NCBI GenBank assembly: GCA_963809695.1
Contig: CAWEKI010000008.1
Span: forward strand, 249,739 to 313,738
Direction of reading: 5' to 3'
DNA from: an uncultured Bacteroidota bacterium
Lineage (GTDB): Bacteria; Bacteroidota; Ignavibacteria; UBA10030; UBA6906
DNA: 64,000 bases
Part shown: positions 56,281 through 64,000 of the stretch, in pieces
Numbering within the stretch: position 1 is the stretch's first letter
Layout of the letters: each line of letters starts with the position of its first letter
Made by a program: the position numbers and the translations under genes
The notes under the pieces: model-generated
What the model was told of the DNA's origin: nothing
Seen by the model: only the letters and a program-made list of their open reading frames with translations
Databases searched by the model: none

Positions 56281-57183
56281 CTACTCCTTCTGGCTGTACT
56301 CTTCGTACGTTTTCAGATGGGCGGGGTCGATGTTCGCAAGCGTGTTGTAGACCGACTTATCCGGATTCTTCACAAAGAGGTCGGCGAGCTCCATGTACTT
56401 CGTGTCGAAGAACGCCTTGATCACCTGGTTTCTCGGGTCTGAGAGTCGTTTGATCTTCCCGATGATCTCGATAGCCTGAATAATGTTGTTGTATGCCTTC
56501 TCCGGCGCGAAGGCTAAAGAGTCGAGGCCCGTGAAGTGATATCTCCAGGACGCTGCGCGCACATGCTCGTATGCCGGAGAGAGGAGCTCGTTGATGAGTT
56601 GAAGGCGGCTATACCCGCTCGTGGTCTGCTGCCATCCCGGGTCTCCGCTGGACCGGCCAAAGTTCGCGATGTCAGCGGCTTTCTGAAACATCGGGGTCCC
56701 GGAGAGCTTTTCGAACGTGTCGGAATCGTACCCTACGACCAGGTACATGTAGAAGTCAAGAAAGCTGGTCAGATCATTGTAAGAATATGCGTTATGATTG
56801 ATTGGTCTCCCTTTGATGTAGGTGAATTGCCACGAATCGTCCATCAGACGCAAGACAACGCTGCTCTTTTTGGAGCCGTAGATAGGTCTCTGGCTTCCCA
56901 CAAAAACCTGCGCTAAATACTTGTTATCTCCCTGAACCCTCTGGACAAAAATGTCCAGGGTGCATTTCACTTTGTCCGGGATGTTCTCCGCACCCCACTG
57001 GTAATTGTTCACATACTCCCTGATGTCAGAAGCCAGGTCGCGCAACTGATCTTTGTTGGTTGTCGACACAGCCTCGTAATTGACGTTCACGGTGCAGTCC
57101 ACCCGTTGAGCCGAAAGCTGGGCACTGACAAAAAACATGAGCGCTGTCAGCGAAATCAAGATGACCGTGGATTTTCCTGGCAT
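56281..57183 (-). CDS. DUF4835-family protein (T9SS-associated PorD-like)
   Basis: Signal; C.VNVN, VGSQRPIY.S, D..W.F.Y, LTSFLDFY.Y...GYD.DTF...GT, FF.TK..E, DP.H...Y. Confidence 0.8.
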   Translation of the reverse strand: MPGKSTVILISLTALMFFVSAQLSAQRVDCTVNVNYEAVSTTNKDQLRDLASDIREYVNNYQWGAENIPDKVKCTLDIFVQRVQGDNKYLAQVFVGSQRPIYGSKKSSVVLRLMDDSWQFTYIKGRPINHNAYSYNDLTSFLDFYMYLVVGYDSDTFEKLSGTPMFQKAADIANFGRSSGDPGWQQTTSGYSRLQLINELLSPAYEHVRAASWRYHFTGLDSLAFAPEKAYNNIIQAIEIIGKIKRLSDPRNQVIKAFFDTKYMELADLFVKNPDKSVYNTLANIDPAHLKTYEEYSQKE

Positions 57184-57238
57184 GGCGTTTCCTCAGATAA
57201 CTGAGAGAATGATAGAAGGAGCAGGAAGACTCATGACC

Positions 57239-57267
57239 AATATATTACTTTTGCCTGAACTGGTCAA
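57239..57267 (-). promoter_or_regulatory. sigma70 promoter for DUF4835 gene
   Basis: Minus strand TTGACC-N17-TATATT. Confidence 0.65.
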
Positions 57268-57482
57268 GGAAGGAGGACGATTATGTGGCCAAGTGTATCA
57301 TAAATATCGGATAACGAATTATGCCTGTTGGAGTTACGGTGGTCCGCGCGCGAGATTGGCGGGATATGCGTGGATGATTCCTGGACCTCCTCATGATGCT
57401 GTCCTGACACCGCTTTGATGCTTGCCGGAGGTTGATGCCAGCCTCCTCGCTTCATCAATGCCAGGAAAATCTTCGACCCCCT

Positions 57483-57507
57483 TCGTAAATTTGCCCTCCC
57501 CGCTGTA
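57483..57507 (+). promoter_or_regulatory. Putative alternative-sigma promoter/operator (copy 2, shared with comEC)
   Basis: TCGTAAATTTGCCCTCCCCGCTGTA; 19/25 identical to 2177-2201; followed by AGGAGG. Confidence 0.55.
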
Positions 57508-57524
57508 TATAAGAAAGGAGGGAT

Positions 57525-58355
57525 GTGGCCAACTCGATGGGAAGACACGTTTTATCGGCACTCTTGCTCATCTGTTTACCGGCCGAGGCCGCGTTCGAAC
57601 ACACTCCGCGCGGTGGTCGGGCTGTTGGATTGGGAGGGGCCACGGTTTCGGTCGAAGGAGATCTCTGGGCAGCCTTCATCAACCCATCCTGCCTCTCAGC
57701 AACGCATGGAACCACTGTGGCCGCGGAATATCTCCCGGGGTTCTTCGGAATGTCGGAGCTCAAGCGGGGAGCGATCTCACTCAGCAGCACGGTTCCCATT
57801 GGCACACTCGCGCTCTCGATGTCGGGATTTGGCTTCAGCCTGTATCGGGAGGTGAGCGTGGGACTCGCCGTGGCCCGTGCATTGAACGAACGAGCTGTCC
57901 TGGGGATCGGCATCAACTTCTATGCGCTGACGATCCAGGGGTACGGCAGTGACCAGACGGTTGGGCTGGATTTCGGCGTGCTGGTTCACATCACCCGGGG
58001 AATCTCTTACGGCTTTGCCCTGGACAATCTGAACCGGCCAACGATAGGAAGCGAAAAGGAGGCTCTTCCTCAGACGATGCGGATGGGGATCAGCGTGCGG
58101 CCGCTCCCGAATGCACTTGTCGCGCTCAGTGGAGAGAAAGATAGCCATCACCCTTTTGGACTCGCCATCGGATTGGAATATTTCCTTGAAGATGTAGTAA
58201 CGCTTCGTCTCGGAGCCGGGAATGATCCCTCGAATCTCGCCGTCGGAATTGGCATACGGACATCGCTGCTCTGCATGGACTACGCATACACCATGCATCC
58301 GGATCTTGGCGGGACGCATTGTATCTCAGTGTCCTTTGTCCTTCCCTGGCCATGA
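57525..58355 (+). CDS. PorV/FadL-like outer-membrane beta-barrel protein
   Basis: Signal peptide; GGRAVGLGGA and NP motifs; alternating beta strands; LRLG, DYAY..HPDLG; start may be ATG 57537. Confidence 0.65.
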   Translation: MANSMGRHVLSALLLICLPAEAAFEHTPRGGRAVGLGGATVSVEGDLWAAFINPSCLSATHGTTVAAEYLPGFFGMSELKRGAISLSSTVPIGTLALSMSGFGFSLYREVSVGLAVARALNERAVLGIGINFYALTIQGYGSDQTVGLDFGVLVHITRGISYGFALDNLNRPTIGSEKEALPQTMRMGISVRPLPNALVALSGEKDSHHPFGLAIGLEYFLEDVVTLRLGAGNDPSNLAVGIGIRTSLLCMDYAYTMHPDLGGTHCISVSFVLPWP

Positions 58356-60334
58356 CGCTCTTCGACTGTCGGCGGATTCCGGCCCTCGTGCCCGGGTTGG
58401 CGGCTTGCTTCGGCAGCCTGGCGTTGGCGCAAGACCAGGTTCCGGACACCGTCTTGTTTGGAGTCCCGGCAGAGCGTTTCTTCGAGCTTATTGATGACGA
58501 GGAGGCGTCTTCGAACGTTGCCGAGACGCTCGCATGGCTTCATGAGAACCCGATCGACCTGAACAGCGCGCAGCGGGAGGACCTCCTGCTCATTCCGGGG
58601 GTGACGGGCGAAGATGCAGACGCGATTCTGCGCGCCCGCGAACGCGAGGGACAATTTGCGTCAGTGGAGGCAATCCAATGCATCCCCGGGGGAAAAGAGC
58701 TGCTTGCAGGAATTCGCCCGTATCTCTTCGTCCAACACACGGACGCTGGCAACGCCGGGAACCGGATTCCTGCTGCCATCGTCTCTTGGCGCTTGTCCGG
58801 TCTTTTACCCGGGGCGGCAACCCCTTCCGATCCCGACATGCTCGGGAGCCTCACCAGATCACTCTCACGCGTCGCTTTAAGACTCTCTGAACATGTCAAG
58901 GCCGGCGTTCTCTTCGAGAAGGATGCGGGGGAGCGAGTACGCGATGGGTTTCTCTCGGGTTACTTCTCGTTTCATGGCAACGGGCTGATCGAACAGGTCG
59001 TTATTGGAGATTTTACCGCGGAAGCCGGGCAGGGGCTGGTCCTCTGGCGTGGGGCTGATGGCGGCAGAAATGGGGATCTGGTTGGTGGGATCCGCAAGTC
59101 CGGCGCTCGATTGGTCCCGTATCACCTGGCCGATGAAGCCCATTATCTGCGGGGTGGGGCGGTCGCTTTGAAGAGCAAGTTCTCGGCGGTTACTGTGAGG
59201 TGCTTGCTCTTGGTGTCACGAACACCGCTTGCTGCAAGCGTCAATGACCAGGGTGAGGTGACAAGCTTTTATTCCAGCGGCCTTTACAGAACGGCTGCGG
59301 AGATGGAAAAACGAAGCCGCGTGCATGAATTCCTTGCGGGAACTCGTTTCGAATGCGGTGTCCGGGGGAAAGGTACCATCGGCCTCACCTATTACCGTTC
59401 TGTATTCGATCGGGGAGTGAAGCCAGGTTCGCACTTTGGATTTACAGGGGAGAAGTCCGAAGTTGCAGGTGGAGATTTCAATATCACGCTAGGGGGTGCT
59501 GCGCTCTTTGGAGAAATCGCTCGGTCGGTTGAAGGAGGAACGGCCTGGACAGCAGGCGCGGTGATGCCTCTCGATTCTACGGCAAGGGTAAGCATCTCGT
59601 ACAGGGACTATTCAATGCATTTCAACAATCCCCACGCACGCGCCTACGGAGTGCAGGCAAATACAACCAACGAGCGCGGCATCGCCATCGGTTGGTCAGT
59701 GCGTCTGGCCCGGGCAATTGTACTTCATGGCTACGCCGATCAATGCAAGATACCGGGGAGCACCTACACCAGCTTGCTGCCCCACACTGCGAACGATTTC
59801 CTGGTCGAGGTTACCGCGCTGCCGATCCCAGATATGCGCTTCTCTCTGGCTCTCCGTTTGCGCAACTCGGAAATCATGCAGGCGGGCCCGGGGTCTCCTT
59901 CAAGTCCTTCAAGTGTTCAGGGGAATCGAGACAGGAAGAGTGCAAGATTCGCTGCCCTGATGGAAATGTCCTCCCATCTTGAGGCGAAGACAAGAATCGA
60001 GCACGTGGAATCCCGATTGTCCATGTCGAGCCGGGTGGACGAAGGGAACATGGCGTCCCAGACATTCTCCTTTGACGCCACGGGAATGGCGTGCGAGTGT
60101 GGCGTGACATTCTTCGAAGCGGACTCATACGATGCACGTCTCTATGATTATGAAGGGAACGTACGCGGATTCGTGCCCAGCCCGCCCTTGTACGGCAGAG
60201 GATCCCGGTGGCATGTGTTGTTCTCCTGGTCGTTGCCTGTCTCCATGCGCCTTGCGGGAAAATATGCTGTGACGTTGCGGGAAAAGAACCCGGTGGCGCG
60301 GGAACTTGTGATACAGGCGGAACTGCGCTTCTAG
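58352..60334 (+). CDS. Helix-hairpin-helix (ComEA-like) domain fused to a large outer-membrane beta-barrel
   Basis: NPIDLNSA..EDLLLIPGV....A.AI...RE..G.F.SVE HhH motif; EKDAGE, GQGLVLW; C-terminal IQAELRF beta-signal. Confidence 0.85.
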   Translation: MTLFDCRRIPALVPGLAACFGSLALAQDQVPDTVLFGVPAERFFELIDDEEASSNVAETLAWLHENPIDLNSAQREDLLLIPGVTGEDADAILRAREREGQFASVEAIQCIPGGKELLAGIRPYLFVQHTDAGNAGNRIPAAIVSWRLSGLLPGAATPSDPDMLGSLTRSLSRVALRLSEHVKAGVLFEKDAGERVRDGFLSGYFSFHGNGLIEQVVIGDFTAEAGQGLVLWRGADGGRNGDLVGGIRKSGARLVPYHLADEAHYLRGGAVALKSKFSAVTVRCLLLVSRTPLAASVNDQGEVTSFYSSGLYRTAAEMEKRSRVHEFLAGTRFECGVRGKGTIGLTYYRSVFDRGVKPGSHFGFTGEKSEVAGGDFNITLGGAALFGEIARSVEGGTAWTAGAVMPLDSTARVSISYRDYSMHFNNPHARAYGVQANTTNERGIAIGWSVRLARAIVLHGYADQCKIPGSTYTSLLPHTANDFLVEVTALPIPDMRFSLALRLRNSEIMQAGPGSPSSPSSVQGNRDRKSARFAALMEMSSHLEAKTRIEHVESRLSMSSRVDEGNMASQTFSFDATGMACECGVTFFEADSYDARLYDYEGNVRGFVPSPPLYGRGSRWHVLFSWSLPVSMRLAGKYAVTLREKNPVARELVIQAELRF

Positions 60335-60405
60335 AGTTCGTCATTCTGCGCAAGTCTCAACTCCTGTGTTTGCCTTCTCCAGAGCACTCTGGCTCTTTCA
60401 CTTCG

Positions 60406-60434
60406 TTGCTCACAACCCCGCTTTGGCTTATATT
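60406..60434 (+). promoter_or_regulatory. sigma70-like promoter
   Basis: TTGCTC-N17-TATATT. Confidence 0.55.
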
Positions 60435-60459
60435 CCCCTCAGAAATCCGGAGTACGCCA

Positions 60460-60693
60460 ATGGAGCTTCAAACGGGTCTTTGCGCTGTGCGGTCCTGGCA
60501 ATGGTCGGACCGGGATTCTCTTGTCAAGCACGGCAACAATCGCAAGATCTGGATCAATGTCCTTGACCGGTTTCCCTATCCCTACAGAAAGGAGGATGTG
60601 AAGCGGATCTCGGCGGAGATCGGCTATTGGCTTGGGGAGAAATTCTGGGGAAAAGAGATCACGACTGCTGCTCTTCGAGCCGTGACCCGGTGA
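60460..60693 (+). pseudogene. RimJ/RimL-type GNAT acetyltransferase remnant
   Basis: RSW..SD...LVKH.NNRKIW....DRFPYPY joins directly to EDV.R.SAEIGYWLGE.FWGK.ITT.AL; central part and C-terminal half missing. Confidence 0.8.
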
Positions 60694-60733
60694 GTGACGT
60701 TGTGCCGAAGGAGATTTTTCCCTATTTTATAAT

Positions 60734-61855
60734 ATGAGCGCCAAGAAGCGGATTGTTGTAGCAATGAGCGGTGGTGTGGACTCTTCAGTCGTCGCAGCCA
60801 TGCTGGCAACTGAGGGGCACGAGGTCATCGGGATCACCATCAAGACGTATGCCTACGAAGATGTGGGTGGTAACAGCGGGAATGAAAGCAGCTGTTGTTC
60901 GCTGGATGGCATCAACGACGCGCGTGCCGTTGCTGCCCAATTCAACTTTCCCCACTACGTCCTGGACTTCGCCGAACCGTTCAACAACGCGGTAATCGAG
61001 GACTTTGTTGCGGAATACATGCGCGGCAGGACCCCCAATCCATGCGTCATCTGCAATCGGAAGATCAAGTGGGAAGAATTGATCAGGAAAGCCGAGGCCC
61101 TCGGGGCCGACTGCATTGCAACCGGTCACTATGCGAAACTCCGCCGAATTCCGGAAACGGGGCGTTTTGTGATTTCCCGCGGCCGCGACGGAGGCAAGGA
61201 CCAATCCTACGCCCTCTGGGGTCTCACCCAGGCATCTCTTGCGCGAACCCTTTTTCCCCTTGCAGAATACATGAAGCCGGAAGTCCGCGCGCTCGGCGCG
61301 AAGCTTGGGGTGGCCGTTGCGGGAAAAGGGGAAAGCTTCGAGATCTGCTTCATCCCTGACAACAACTATGAGCGGTTCCTCAAGGAGCGTATCCCGGGGT
61401 TGGAGCGGAAAGTGGCGGGAGGAGATATCGTTCAGGACGGCCGCGTCGTGGGACAACACCGCGGTTTTCCGTTCTACACGATCGGCCAGCGCCGGGGGAT
61501 TGGCGTTGCGATGGGAGAGCCGATGTATGTGACCGGGATTGACCCCCGGAACAATCGGGTAGAGGTTGGGAATGAGAAAGCACTCTATCATACCGGGCTC
61601 GTCGCGCGCAGTGTCAACATGGTGAAGTACGAGCACTGTCCGGTCGGACTCCGCGTCAATGTGTGCATTCGTTACAAGGACAGCGGCGGAATGGGGATGG
61701 TGGAAGAGCTGCCAGACGGCCGGTTGAACGTACTGTTTGATGAGCCCCGGCGGGCCATTGCTCCGGGGCAGTCCGCCGTACTCTATGAGGGGGATGATCT
61801 GGTTGGCGGGGGAGTGATCGACCAGGTACTCGGCGATGCTCCCGTCTCGTCCTGA
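60734..61855 (+). CDS. mnmA: tRNA-specific 2-thiouridylase MnmA
   Basis: AMSGGVDSS, GRTPNPC..CN, ATGHYA, KDQSY, ES.EICF, YTIGQRRG, APGQSAV. Confidence 0.97.
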   Translation: MSAKKRIVVAMSGGVDSSVVAAMLATEGHEVIGITIKTYAYEDVGGNSGNESSCCSLDGINDARAVAAQFNFPHYVLDFAEPFNNAVIEDFVAEYMRGRTPNPCVICNRKIKWEELIRKAEALGADCIATGHYAKLRRIPETGRFVISRGRDGGKDQSYALWGLTQASLARTLFPLAEYMKPEVRALGAKLGVAVAGKGESFEICFIPDNNYERFLKERIPGLERKVAGGDIVQDGRVVGQHRGFPFYTIGQRRGIGVAMGEPMYVTGIDPRNNRVEVGNEKALYHTGLVARSVNMVKYEHCPVGLRVNVCIRYKDSGGMGMVEELPDGRLNVLFDEPRRAIAPGQSAVLYEGDDLVGGGVIDQVLGDAPVSS

Positions 61856-61902
61856 AATGCTTCGATTCAGGGCCTGTCAAATCTCAGACGTTTTGCCAAG
61901 GA

Positions 61903-61935
61903 TGACGGCGGCAAGGATATCTCCCACCGCCGTCA
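61903..61935. terminator. Hairpin between convergent mnmA and Ehr operon
   Basis: TGACGGCGG-N15-CCGCCGTCA 9-bp stem, no U tract. Confidence 0.35.
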
Positions 61936-62781
61936 CTTCAGCCTGCCCAGCGCGAGCAGAATGCCGTGCAGCAGTGCTTCAGGACGGGGAGGACAGCCCG
62001 GGATATAGACGTCCACCGGAACCACAGTGTCGACTCCGCCGCAGGAGGCATAACTTTTTCCAAATATCCCTCCGCTGATGGCACAGGCGCCCACCGCCAC
62101 CACAAGCCGGGGCTCGGGCGTGGCCTTATACGTCTCTTTCAGTGCAAGTTCCATATTCCGCGTCACCGGCCCCGTCACAAGGAGCATGTCGGCATGGCGT
62201 GGTGACGCGACGAAGTGAATGCCAAACCGCTCAATGTCGTAGATCGCATTGTTTAGCGCAGTGATCTCGACTTCGCAACCGTTGCAGGAGCCGGCATCGA
62301 CCTCCCGTATCTGGAGTGACCGCCCGAACCATTTGTCCACCTTCGCTTTGACCTCCGCACCGATGTCTTCCAGGCTCCGTTTTTCGCCGGCTGTTCCCTG
62401 CGTTGCCATCTGCAGGAACTGCATCCTGCCATCGTTCAGCTCTCTGTACAGCGCTCGTGTCGTGAGCGCGTCCTTCCGCGCGGTGGCGAGTTGATACTCA
62501 TTGCTGAGCGTGATCGCATCCGGACATGCGTCTTCACATGCGCCGCAAAAGATGCACGAGCCGTATGAAAGAGTAAGGAGCTTGTCGGCCTCTTTGCCAT
62601 CGAGGTCCCGCAGGGTGATCGCATCGGTGGGGCAAGCGTCTGCGCACTCTCCGCACGCGGTGCACCGCGCAAAGTCGATCATGGGTGTACCGCGGAATCC
62701 CACCGGAGGCGCCGAAGCCTCATCCGGGTACGGCCTGGTCACCACCCCGGTGCGAATGGATTGTCGCAAGATCTTGAACAT
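61933..62781 (-). CDS. Hydrogenase-4/Ehr small subunit (NuoB/HyfI-like) fused to N-terminal 2[4Fe-4S] ferredoxin (NuoI/HyfH-like)
   Basis: CTACGECADACP and CIFCGACEDACP; VDAGSCNGCE, SPRHAD, GACA..GG, PGCPPRP. Confidence 0.92.
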   Translation of the reverse strand: MFKILRQSIRTGVVTRPYPDEASAPPVGFRGTPMIDFARCTACGECADACPTDAITLRDLDGKEADKLLTLSYGSCIFCGACEDACPDAITLSNEYQLATARKDALTTRALYRELNDGRMQFLQMATQGTAGEKRSLEDIGAEVKAKVDKWFGRSLQIREVDAGSCNGCEVEITALNNAIYDIERFGIHFVASPRHADMLLVTGPVTRNMELALKETYKATPEPRLVVAVGACAISGGIFGKSYASCGGVDTVVPVDVYIPGCPPRPEALLHGILLALGRLK

Positions 62782-62787
62782 GTCCTG

Positions 62788-64000
62788 TTATCGGTCGTTG
62801 CCGGAATATGAGAGATTGAAGCTCTTATTGATCACGGGAAAGTCAGGCACGATGTTATTCTGTACGGCGGCCGGTATCGCCCTCCAGTTATGAAATGATG
62901 GATCGGTGATCTTCCATCTGCCGATCGAACCGACACGGTCGGTTTTTACCCAGTGCACAATCTCGCCGCGCCAGCCTTCGACATAACCGAGCGCATGCCG
63001 GTTCGGGGGAATGACATGGGCTCCGGGCGTTCGGAACGGCTCTGCCTCATGTTGCCGCACCAACTGCTCCAGCATGCGGAAGGACTGTTCGATTTCGTGA
63101 ACCCTGACATTCAATCGTGCCAGCACATCGCCCTGCAGTTGATGCGCCACCGTGAACCTCAAATGCGGATAGGCGCAATGGGGATGATCGCGGCGCAGGT
63201 CTCTGTCGATTCCCGATGCGCGCCCTGCCATTCCAACAATGCCAAGGCGAAACGCATCCTTCTGGCTGAGGCGTCCGGTCGTCTCGAGGCGATCAATCAC
63301 CGAGGAGCTCGATTGTACGAGTGCAACGAGTTGCCGGAAGTCGTCGTGTACATGTACGGTGGTGTCCCGGAACGCCTGTCGTTTCTGCAGCGTGTCCTCG
63401 ATTTCGCGCCGGATTCCTCCGATGGCAGCCATGCCGCGCAGGAGGCGGCTACCCGTGAGTACCTCGTTCAGCCGCATCATGTCCTCTTTCAACCGAAAGG
63501 CCGTCGCGGCGCCGGTCGGAAATCCAATATCCAACAACAGCGCGCCGGTGTCGCCGATGTGGTTGAAGAGCCGTTCCAGTTCGAGCAACATGGTTCTGAT
63601 GACAATGGCTCGCATTGGAGGGGTAATCCCGGCCAGGCGCTCGATGGCATGGCAGTAGGCAAGCGCATGACCAAATGACGTGTCTCCGGAGACCCGCTCG
63701 GCGAGAAAAACGCACTTCGCCGGTCTGGTTCCCTCGGCAATCTTCTCCGTGCCTTTGTGGGTGTAAAAGAGCTGTACGTCCAGTTTGATGATTGGCTCGC
63801 CGGCCACGCTGAATCGAAAATGCCCCGGCTCGATGATTCCGGCATGCACGGGGCCTACCGGGATTTCGAAAATCCCTTCTCCTTCCACACGAGGAAAATC
63901 AAGCTTCCCGGCGACACGCGAAACGATGGATCGCGCATCGAAATCCTGCAGCATTGGGAGGACATCCTCGGGCCAGTCTGGATGAGATGCGAGAGGATGA
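62788..64000 (-). CDS. Ehr/hydrogenase-4-like large subunit (NuoCD/HyfG-like) lacking NiFe ligands; 5' truncated by window edge
   Basis: VGPVHAGIIEPGHFRF, ERVSGD..H in place of RxCxxC, DPSF.NW, DFPVINKSFNLSYSGND in place of DPCxxC; frame open to the window end. Confidence 0.92.
   Translation of the reverse strand, partial: HPLASHPDWPEDVLPMLQDFDARSIVSRVAGKLDFPRVEGEGIFEIPVGPVHAGIIEPGHFRFSVAGEPIIKLDVQLFYTHKGTEKIAEGTRPAKCVFLAERVSGDTSFGHALAYCHAIERLAGITPPMRAIVIRTMLLELERLFNHIGDTGALLLDIGFPTGAATAFRLKEDMMRLNEVLTGSRLLRGMAAIGGIRREIEDTLQKRQAFRDTTVHVHDDFRQLVALVQSSSSVIDRLETTGRLSQKDAFRLGIVGMAGRASGIDRDLRRDHPHCAYPHLRFTVAHQLQGDVLARLNVRVHEIEQSFRMLEQLVRQHEAEPFRTPGAHVIPPNRHALGYVEGWRGEIVHWVKTDRVGSIGRWKITDPSFHNWRAIPAAVQNNIVPDFPVINKSFNLSYSGNDR

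Noticed and set aside
57271-57532. ATGTGGCCAA repeated at 57283 and 57523, each after GGAGG
   Set aside because: Only 10 bp; the first opens a 6-codon ORF and the second is out of frame with the barrel gene; cannot be distinguished from chance
1-64000. tRNA, rRNA, tmRNA or CRISPR loci
   Set aside because: No T-loop/cloverleaf, rRNA-like tracts or regularly spaced repeats seen by eye in any intergenic region; a tRNAscan/Infernal run would be needed to exclude them formally

Overview
A mostly housekeeping chromosomal segment, almost all on the + strand. It probably comes from an Ignavibacteria/Chlorobi-like member of the Bacteroidota-Chlorobiota group. This is inferred from T9SS C-terminal-domain proteins, DUF4835, DUF2795 and hprK-raiA, plus Shine-Dalgarno sites and E. 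coli-like TTGnnn-N17-TAnnnT promoters. About 55 CDS are supported, including dtd, comEC, mtnA, recO, degP, trpS-scpAB-rluB, lspA, lysS, ctpA, ybeY-smg-topA-xerC-raiA-hprK, holB-metG, two TonB-dependent receptors, a TatD-radical SAM fusion, mnmA and the end of a Ni-ligand-less Ehr (hydrogenase-4-like) operon. There is one Mutator/IS256-like IS and several eroded genes. No rRNA, tRNA or CRISPR array was seen. Three signals stand out. (1) A 25-bp non-sigma70 motif (TCGTAAATyyGCCCnnCCCrCwGTA, 19/25 identical) lies upstream of both comEC and, 55 kb away, a two-gene operon encoding a PorV/FadL-like barrel and a helix-hairpin-helix DNA-binding beta-barrel, suggesting an alternative-sigma competence regulon with an outer-membrane DNA-uptake module. 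(2) A promoter-driven ~210-nt structured leader with two exactly 60-nt GTGCCA...TGGCAC hairpins precedes the ybeY-smg-topA operon. (3) An IS with no evident terminal inverted repeats, flanked by 7-bp direct repeats, ends 15 bp upstream of a TTGACA box. All calls are by-eye motif recognition; no database search was run.
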